From contig JAKEGM010000071.1 in the NCBI GenBank assembly GCA_022615575.1, forward strand, positions 12,164-76,163: a stretch of 64,000 nucleotides of DNA, read 5' to 3'. Source of the stretch: Planctomycetales bacterium (GTDB lineage: Bacteria > Planctomycetota > Phycisphaerae > Sedimentisphaerales > Anaerohalosphaeraceae). The first letter of the stretch is position 1; each line of letters opens with the position of its first letter. The notes beneath the pieces were generated by a model. The model did no database searches and was not told the origin of the DNA. It saw only the letters and a list, made by a program, of their open reading frames with translations. Below are positions 56,900 to 64,000 of this stretch, one piece after another. Made by a program: the position numbers and the translations under genes.

Positions 56900-57399
56900 A
56901 AAAGATGCTCAAAAATCCAACCCTGTATTATATCGCGGCTCCGGCCGCGGCGGCGCTCTGGGTGCTGCTGGCCGGTTTTGTGTTTTATCCCAAATCGGTT
57001 GAGGCCTGTCAGGATGCCCAAACGGAACTCCGGAAGACCGAGGAGCTGATTCGAAAGATGGTCGCCCTCAAGCCCAAACTGCTGGAGAAAATCGACAAAA
57101 GCGGCAAAGCCGAGGTCTTTGATTTTACCAAGACCATCAATGAATCGGCCCAGCTCTTTTCCATTTCCCCGTCCAACTACACCTCCAATGTCCGCGGTCA
57201 GGTCAATCGGGCGGGGCGGCCGAGCCGGTCGGCGGCCGTAACGATTAAAAGCATCGACATCGAGCGGCTGGCGGCGTTTCTTTCGTCCCTGCTGGTTCGC
57301 TGGTCGGACCTCAAGTGCGAATCGCTGAGTTTGGACAAAGGCAAAGCCGGCAAAAACGACTGGAAGGCCGAAATGACCCTGACCTACTATTATCAGTAG
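56896..57399 (+). CDS. GspM-like protein
   Basis: N-terminal TM, coiled coil, small alpha/beta domain; last gene of the operon. Confidence 0.6.
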   Translation: MKKMLKNPTLYYIAAPAAAALWVLLAGFVFYPKSVEACQDAQTELRKTEELIRKMVALKPKLLEKIDKSGKAEVFDFTKTINESAQLFSISPSNYTSNVRGQVNRAGRPSRSAAVTIKSIDIERLAAFLSSLLVRWSDLKCESLSLDKGKAGKNDWKAEMTLTYYYQ

Positions 57400-57484
57400 C
57401 GAAAAACAGGGTCCGGCGGGGCTGTCGCCTCAGGAGGACGCTCATTTTCCAATGAGCAACCCGCATAAGCCGCCAAGTTTTTTA

Positions 57485-59875
57485 CTATGGGTCAATTTCA
57501 GAATGCCGCGCCGCCGCAATTTCGTCTATCCGGCGGATGCGTTTTTCCGCTTCGGCAGAGTCGGCCGGCTGCGGCGGCATCTGCTTTGGCACAGGGAGTT
57601 TTCCGGTGAGCGTCTGGCCGGCGTTTAATTTTACGACGAAATCCGGGCCGACCTTTTTGACCTTTCGATTAAACGCAGGTTCCAGGCCGTTGAAGTTATC
57701 CCGCAGACGCAGCACGCCGTCGACGGTTGCCTCGATCTCAAAACGGCCAGTCGTGTTATTGGTGCGCTCGGCGGAAACAATAAAGCCGCCCTCTGCGCGC
57801 AAGTCGCGAAAACGTGCGTTATGCCATGTCCACGGCATCGCCGGGAAAATACGGATGACCGGAGTCGGATCGTTGAGGATGTTCACCGGCCAGCTCTGCA
57901 GGACCATGTCATGGACCGCTTCCATCGCCAGGAAGTTGCCCTCCAGCGTGAACGGCCGGTATCTGAAACCGGACAGGTCCGCGCCAAGCTGATCGCCGTT
58001 GGCGTGGAACCCGTTGCGCAGGATGAACGCGCGCTCATAACAGGTCAGGTACTGATACGCCAACTCGGCCATGTTCGCACGGGCCAGGGCGCAGGCAAAC
58101 CATGAAAAACTGTACCCGGTCCAGGCGCGGGTTCCAAGCTCGTCCATTTTTTCAAGCGTGGCCTGAATGACCTGTCGATCCCTGTCGGAGCCGTCGATGT
58201 TGAGCGTACCGAACGGATGAACCGCCATGGCATGGGCATGGTGGCGATGGGACTGATTGAACGGCTCGCCGGCGCTGAACATCAGGACATTGCTGTCATC
58301 CACATGCAGGCCGTCGAGTTTGCCGCGCAGCGCTGTCCATTTTTTAACATCGTCGCTTCTGCCCAGCACGTCGGCCATCTCCGCCATCGCCTCGAACGCC
58401 CAGATCAGCATGGACAGGTCCTGGTTCGAGTTCGGCTTGAGATACGCCCTTTTGGAGTTGTCGAAAATCTCGGCTGAACTGGAAAGCTCAAAATAAAGTT
58501 TGCCGTCTTTTTCCTCCAGCAGTTTGACGATGGTGCCGACGATCTCATCCATCCACGGATACGCCCGATCGCGCAGAAAGACCGGGTCCATCGTATGCTT
58601 CCAGTGCAGGTAAAAACTCTGCCCTACCCAGACGGCATAACTGACGGACAGCGAATACTGCGGCCAGCCGCCCAGCGGTTTGCCGTTGAGGGACATGACT
58701 GCCGGGATCGCGGCACCGTCAACGCCGAAAAAATCGCGGGCAAAGCTGCGGTACTCCGGCAGCAGGTTCCACATGTGATTGATGAAACTCAACCCCGCAT
58801 CCGTCAGGCCCGCCTTATGATAGGCGATATAGGTCATCTGGGTGTTGAGGTCATGGTGGAAATCGCCTTTCCATGGGGGCAGGCCTCCGGAATCCTGCGT
58901 CCAGACCCCCTGCAACGGCATTGACGGCGCATCCGGGCGGGAGGCGGCGCCGTAGAAGTACTTGCACAGATTGTAGTGCCGCTGGAGTCGCTCATCGGGA
59001 ACACAGACCTCGGAGATGCTCCAGAAATCCTTCCACCATGTCCGGTGCTGCCGGAACATTTTTTCAAAACCGGCGTCCATGACTTTTGAAACGCGCCGTT
59101 TTGCCAGGACAAGCGGATCCGGTTCGGCGGCATCTTCCCGATTGGTTGTTATCGTCGCGGCGACCAGCGTCTGGCCGCCAAGGCGTTTGGAAGCGGTCAG
59201 CGTCGCATACACCAGTCCGCCGGCGGCTTGCTGCACCATCCAGTTCATCCCGTCAGCGGAACCGAATTCGGCCGGTTTATAGTTCAAATTGTCAAGGCCG
59301 TCGGGCCGGAGGAACTTGCTGGTTACGTCGGAATCGCCGATGCGGATCAGGGCGACGCGCTGCTCGGCACAGAAGAAACACTCCAGCGTGCTGCCGTCGG
59401 TAAACGTCACGGTGCCGAGGGCCTGTTTCATGTCGAGCGTAAACGCTTCGGCTTTCTTGCCGTCTCCGAGGGTCAGCACCAGTCGGCCGCCCGGCAGCTT
59501 GGTTGGAGCCGGATGGCTGTCGTAGGCGTTGCTGTAGCGCCGCATAAACTCCCCCCAATCCTCCCGGATGAGCTTTTTCATGTTCGCATAGTTCCAGTCG
59601 CCTTCGAGAATTTCCGGCGCGGGGGTTTCATCCCACAGGTCGCCCCGGTCCAGCGAAAGATTGATGGCGTTATCCTTTCCCCAGAGCAGGCCGCCCAGCA
59701 TGCCGTTGCCCAGCGGAATCGCCTCGTCCCATGTCGTAATCGGCGCTGCGAGGTTAAGTTCATACGCGCCCGCCCCGTCGGCCCGTCCGTCCGGCGAAAA
59801 AGCAAACAGAACGGCCGCCGCAAGGAATACTTTGAAAATACAGATTCCTGGACATGTCTTTTTGAATGAGTGCAT
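57485..59875 (-). CDS. Glycoside hydrolase family 95 (alpha-L-fucosidase 2-like)
   Basis: WDEAIPLGNG, LQGVW, WKGDFHHDLNTQMTY, SHRHH, LEGNF, LRAEGGF; signal peptide. Confidence 0.88.
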   Translation of the reverse strand: MHSFKKTCPGICIFKVFLAAAVLFAFSPDGRADGAGAYELNLAAPITTWDEAIPLGNGMLGGLLWGKDNAINLSLDRGDLWDETPAPEILEGDWNYANMKKLIREDWGEFMRRYSNAYDSHPAPTKLPGGRLVLTLGDGKKAEAFTLDMKQALGTVTFTDGSTLECFFCAEQRVALIRIGDSDVTSKFLRPDGLDNLNYKPAEFGSADGMNWMVQQAAGGLVYATLTASKRLGGQTLVAATITTNREDAAEPDPLVLAKRRVSKVMDAGFEKMFRQHRTWWKDFWSISEVCVPDERLQRHYNLCKYFYGAASRPDAPSMPLQGVWTQDSGGLPPWKGDFHHDLNTQMTYIAYHKAGLTDAGLSFINHMWNLLPEYRSFARDFFGVDGAAIPAVMSLNGKPLGGWPQYSLSVSYAVWVGQSFYLHWKHTMDPVFLRDRAYPWMDEIVGTIVKLLEEKDGKLYFELSSSAEIFDNSKRAYLKPNSNQDLSMLIWAFEAMAEMADVLGRSDDVKKWTALRGKLDGLHVDDSNVLMFSAGEPFNQSHRHHAHAMAVHPFGTLNIDGSDRDRQVIQATLEKMDELGTRAWTGYSFSWFACALARANMAELAYQYLTCYERAFILRNGFHANGDQLGADLSGFRYRPFTLEGNFLAMEAVHDMVLQSWPVNILNDPTPVIRIFPAMPWTWHNARFRDLRAEGGFIVSAERTNNTTGRFEIEATVDGVLRLRDNFNGLEPAFNRKVKKVGPDFVVKLNAGQTLTGKLPVPKQMPPQPADSAEAEKRIRRIDEIAAARHSEIDP

Positions 59876-60030
59876 TGAACGAACTCCTTTCGCTGTGTGA
59901 TTGACGTTTTATGGACGGTCATCTTTTCTGCGGATCGGCCCCATTTTTCTGTACCCGTTGTTATGAGCGCATAGCCGACCCGTTCTCTCTGCATTGTGCC
60001 TGTCCCTATTTATATTGCCTAAAGGGTATA

Positions 60031-62373
60031 TCATTCGGTTATCACAAACCATGTCAGGCTCTCGGCGGAAATTTCGACAGGAATTGTGATATTGTACTGC
60101 CGGTCGAGTTTATAAACCCTGTCTTTGCCGTCCGGGTTCCGAAGCCGTGCTGTTTCCGTAAGGCCTGTGTAATACATCGGCAGCTTCAGGTTTTTCCTCA
60201 CGGGGCTTTTTGCGGGGTTATAGACCATTACAAGGGCTTTTTCCCTGAGCTGTGAATTGACGTGCATCATGCAGTCGATATCCTTTCCGTCGGCCCTTCG
60301 GATGTGAATGATATCCGAGTCTAAAATTTGCCGGTGGCTTCTGTAAAAATCGACCCATTTTTTGACGACCGCCTTTGTTTTTTCAGAGTCATAAAGCCGC
60401 GGCCCCCGATAACATGCCTGCACCCCGGCCCCGAAATTGTTCGCAAGATGGGCCTCATAAGCGTCAAGATGCTCTTCGAGCGGCTCAATCGTCGCCGCCG
60501 CTCCGCCGCCGTGGTACTGGGTCAGAGGCACAAACATCCATCCCATGCTCGGTGTCTTTTCCCATGTGCCGTCGTAGATGTTCTGTCGGCCGTGGATGAT
60601 TTGCTGCGCTCTCGGCAGCGACCAGTTTGTTTCACGGTAGCCCATGCCGCTCTTGTTTGTACCGCTCAGGTAGTAGTAATCCGGCACGTTGAGATAAATT
60701 CCCTTACCCCTGCACCATTTATAGAAGTCGGTTATTGTCCTGTGTTGTGTGTGCTGGGAATCTGCATAACCGGCATGTCCGGGATGTGCTGTCGATGCAC
60801 AGAAATCGCCGGGGTACGAGCCGTCATGCTCAAGCAGGTCAAACCCGGTCTTTTCATAAAAAGCGTACAGTTTACGGAAATATTCCTGTCCCCATTTGCT
60901 GCCGATGCACGGCGAATTGCCGAATCTTGCAAAGCCGCCGGGTTTTCCTGTGGCAGGATTCACAACATCGTCCTGGTCGCTGACTTGCCGTGAGGCAAGA
61001 AGTGAATAACCGCCAAGTTCGATTTCTCTGCTGTGGGCGTAATCAGCCAGTTCCTTCAGTTCGGCAAGGTATTCAGGATTTTCGCTTTCAATATTAAACC
61101 CGCTCCCAAATGTCAGAATGACCATTTCAAATCCTGCCTCGGCACACTGGTCGATGGCCAGACGGACACTCTTCGGCTCGGCGCTTCGCACGTGCATTAA
61201 TATCGGATTTTCAGTTACCCACGGGGCGATTGTGCGGTACATCCGTCTTACTGCAAGCCCTCTGCGCTCCCGGTCTGTGCTGTCATAAGGAAGTTCAAAT
61301 GTCCTGAAAGAGACAAACTTATCGCCGGGCTGAATCGTTATATCAGGCCCGCCCGGCAACGTGCAGACCAGCAGGCAGGGGGTTTTGCACAGATAGTTGA
61401 CCTGCGTTTTGTACTCAGGGTCGGGCACGAAAAGACAGGTTTTATTTGCGCCTGCTGCATTCATCCCGCCGAATGCGTAATCGCTTTCGACATGCATACC
61501 CGGCTCAGCCCAGTAAGGGGACTCATCCACGGGGGATTCGCCTTCAACGATGGCAAGGATTTCGCTCTTGAATGAGTTGAGTTTCACCGGCTGCCCGGAG
61601 CCGTTTTGAACCTCAATCCATTTGCAGATAACAGGTATGCCGTCGTACATTTCATAATGTACCGAGACGGTAATGTCTTTCGGGTAAGCCGTTGTCTGTC
61701 CCGTTTGTTCCTGTTCACCAAAGGGCTGCCGCGGTGCATTCGGTTGGGGTGGTTCTTTGAAACAAAAGTCAAGCCTCAGAGAAACACCGGCCGGCGGCCA
61801 GGGCATATCGGTGCTGTACCGTTTTCTCTTCCATGAAAAAGGCTCTTTTGTCTTTCCGACGGCAAGGCCTTCAAGCCCAAAAGCGTTCGGGTCCGAAGTC
61901 AGCTTATCAATCCATTCGGGCAGCAGGTATGCATAATTCGGCTGGCCCTTCAGTCCGCCTATCTCAAAGTGCCGGCCGTCCAGTTCGAGTACCGCTTCCG
62001 GCTTTACCCCGCGCAACATCGATTCGCCGGTCATCAAATTGTCCAGGGCAATGGTGGCCGCATTCGGTTGAAGCCGCCAGACCCGGCGAACCAGCCCATT
62101 GCTCAGGACAACCTCATGGGATTGCTCATTAACCTTAACTTCGGCTTTATACGGTGATGGATCTATCAGCCAGTCGCCATTTTCACGTTCAACAAAGGAT
62201 TTCGAATCGGCACATAACGTGCAGGAGGACAGCAAGCAACTCAATACAATCATCAGGGATAGGCCGAACAGCTTGCCGGCAAGCTTAATACAAGATATCC
62301 GCGAAGAGATAAAATAGGGGGCCAGGCCTGTCCTGCTGGATGATTGCTGAATCGAAACATTGTGTTCTGTCAC
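60031..62373 (-). CDS. Alpha-galactosidase-like (GH36-related) glycoside hydrolase
   Basis: N-terminal beta-supersandwich (LSNGLVRR), TIM-barrel region with EHDGSYPG, C-terminal LKLPMYYTGL. Confidence 0.55.
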   Translation of the reverse strand: MTEHNVSIQQSSSRTGLAPYFISSRISCIKLAGKLFGLSLMIVLSCLLSSCTLCADSKSFVERENGDWLIDPSPYKAEVKVNEQSHEVVLSNGLVRRVWRLQPNAATIALDNLMTGESMLRGVKPEAVLELDGRHFEIGGLKGQPNYAYLLPEWIDKLTSDPNAFGLEGLAVGKTKEPFSWKRKRYSTDMPWPPAGVSLRLDFCFKEPPQPNAPRQPFGEQEQTGQTTAYPKDITVSVHYEMYDGIPVICKWIEVQNGSGQPVKLNSFKSEILAIVEGESPVDESPYWAEPGMHVESDYAFGGMNAAGANKTCLFVPDPEYKTQVNYLCKTPCLLVCTLPGGPDITIQPGDKFVSFRTFELPYDSTDRERRGLAVRRMYRTIAPWVTENPILMHVRSAEPKSVRLAIDQCAEAGFEMVILTFGSGFNIESENPEYLAELKELADYAHSREIELGGYSLLASRQVSDQDDVVNPATGKPGGFARFGNSPCIGSKWGQEYFRKLYAFYEKTGFDLLEHDGSYPGDFCASTAHPGHAGYADSQHTQHRTITDFYKWCRGKGIYLNVPDYYYLSGTNKSGMGYRETNWSLPRAQQIIHGRQNIYDGTWEKTPSMGWMFVPLTQYHGGGAAATIEPLEEHLDAYEAHLANNFGAGVQACYRGPRLYDSEKTKAVVKKWVDFYRSHRQILDSDIIHIRRADGKDIDCMMHVNSQLREKALVMVYNPAKSPVRKNLKLPMYYTGLTETARLRNPDGKDRVYKLDRQYNITIPVEISAESLTWFVITE

Positions 62374-63081
62374 AGGTAATTCTCCATTATCATATTTCGA
62401 TATCCTGTATTTTCACTGCTGTCCCAATCCTGTTCGGTACGGCATTTGCTCTTTGTTAACTTCATACAGTGTTCTTGATCCTTGCGGGCAGTTTACCGGC
62501 AGCGGCGGTCTTGGGCAAGGTATTTTTGCGCCGCGTTGACCGCGGCCGGAGCGCCGGTGCAATCGGCCCTGGGCGGAGTTAATCCTGTTTTTGCAGACGT
62601 CCGATATGGGCCAGCAGTTCAACAAAGCAAGCTAAAGCTTGAACTCTTACAAGGCGTTCGCATTTGACTAAAATGTTACAAAAATTATTTCTGCCCAAAA
62701 CAGCATACCCGTTGTCGGGGAAAAATACCCTGCCTCACAAGTGTAATCCCGCATAGCAGGCAAAGCAGACACATAAAAGCGTCAATTTCGCTGGTACCAA
62801 TAAAAACCGCCAAATTGTGTGCAAAAAGGGCGAAAACAAAACTCCTTCAACCGAGATAACACGCTATCCTTTGAAGTTCATAAAAAAACTGCTCAGGGAT
62901 TGCCGCTGCCGGTACGGGAAAACCGGTCAATTCTTTACAAAAAAACGCAAAAAACTGACCCCTCGCTGGGCATAATTATGGTACAATAAAAGCCGTACAT
63001 TTGATGGGGGCATACGGCGCCGCAAATGGATGAAGTTTGGATAAACGGAGTCATAGCTTTGAGAGGAGCAGCGTTTTCAGT

Positions 63082-64000
63082 ATGGCCAAGGTAGCGAAAG
63101 CATTGTGCGCAGCGGCGGTATTCTTGCTGGCGGCTGTCCCTGCGCCTGTTATGGCTGTTCCGGCATGTCCGGAAGGAGCGCCGGTAACGCAGCCGGACGG
63201 GACAGAAATATCGGTCTATCTGCGCGGGGATGAATATGCGCACTGGAATGAGAGCAGAGAGGGCTATCAGATCATCAAAAACGGCAAGGGCGAATGGGTG
63301 TATATGGTTGAGAAAGCCGGTGCGGCAGCGGCCAGCGAGCACGCCGTGGGAAAGGCCGACCCGGAAGCGGTGAATGCACTAAAACCGGATACGATGAAAT
63401 TATCCGAAAGGGGAAAACAGAACCGTGCCCTGAGGTCCGCCGCGCAGGGAACTTTTGACCAAACACAGCCGTCCGCCGCACAGGAAACACCGAGCCTTAC
63501 ACAGACAGCGGGAATAATGTATAATCTGGTGGTGCTGGTCAATTTTTCTGACCTGACCATAGCGTATCCCGCGCAGGACTACGACAGTCTGTTCAACCAG
63601 ATCGGGTACACGGCCGACGGCGCCGTCGGCTCGGTCAAAGATTATTATCATGAGGTATCGTACAATGCCCTGACCGTGCAATCGGTTGTGCCGGAGCCGG
63701 TAACGCTGGGCAATGGCTACGCCTTTTACGGAGCCAACAATCCTTTCGGCGAGGATGTTCGTCCCCGGGAAATGGTCGCCCAGGCGCTTGCCGCATTGGA
63801 AGCGCGAGGGTTTGATTTCGGCACCGTGGACGGCGATGGAGATGGTCAGATTGATGGATTGACAATCATTCATGCCGGCGGCGGCGAAGAATACGGCGGC
63901 AATGACCCGGACTATATCTGGTCGCACCAGTGGGCGCTCAGCAGCCCGGTTACGTATGACGGTGTGACGATGCAGTCGTATCATACCGAACCGGCACGCC
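63082..64000 (+). CDS. M6 family metalloprotease (immune inhibitor A-like), partial
   Basis: Not in the ORF track. Manual translation gives a signal peptide, QPDG...GDE, LVNFSD, GSVKDYY, DGDGDGQIDGLTIIHAG, IWSH. Confidence 0.85.
   Translation, partial: MAKVAKALCAAAVFLLAAVPAPVMAVPACPEGAPVTQPDGTEISVYLRGDEYAHWNESREGYQIIKNGKGEWVYMVEKAGAAAASEHAVGKADPEAVNALKPDTMKLSERGKQNRALRSAAQGTFDQTQPSAAQETPSLTQTAGIMYNLVVLVNFSDLTIAYPAQDYDSLFNQIGYTADGAVGSVKDYYHEVSYNALTVQSVVPEPVTLGNGYAFYGANNPFGEDVRPREMVAQALAALEARGFDFGTVDGDGDGQIDGLTIIHAGGGEEYGGNDPDYIWSHQWALSSPVTYDGVTMQSYHTEPAR

Noticed and set aside
62480..62560. Minus-strand GGCGCAAA suggesting a c-di-GMP-I riboswitch
   Set aside because: The 5' GGCAAA and GNRA tetraloop/receptor elements are missing.

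Overview
A 64 kb chromosomal window, probably from a Planctomycetota bacterium of the Phycisphaerae/Sedimentisphaerales type. This is an inference from an H-X9-DG prepilin-type protein, a eukaryote-like UDP-GlcNAc pyrophosphorylase, a DUF1573 lipoprotein and many D/E-P-N linker motifs. Core content: ilvB-ilvN and ilvC, a heptosyltransferase, tRNA-Lys and tRNA-Pro, a complete nine-gene V/A-type ATPase operon with a Na+-binding K subunit, priA, two glycan biosynthesis clusters, a complete type II secretion operon (C? D E F G H I J K L M), glycoside hydrolases (GH29, GH95, GH36-like, a frameshifted DUF2961 gene) and a partial M6 protease. Most unusual: (1) Periodic-repeat inverted-repeat elements sit at gene junctions inside operons. 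They include one intact four-helix-bundle gene framed by 7-nt-period arms with a 24-bp perfect inverted repeat, one internally deleted copy whose repeat arms appear to supply a promoter -35 and an RBS to neighbouring genes, several empty heptad arrays, and three empty 9-10-nt-period palindromes in the ATPase operon. (2) A leaderless nucleotidyltransferase + winged-helix gene pair, with a candidate operator in its promoter, is wedged between ilvN and ilvC (candidate TA/defence module). (3) A strand-specific structured leader of about 350 nt lies upstream of ilvB. (4) A 63-bp segment is shared between two different T2SS-locus genes. All family assignments come from motif recognition by eye; no searches were run.
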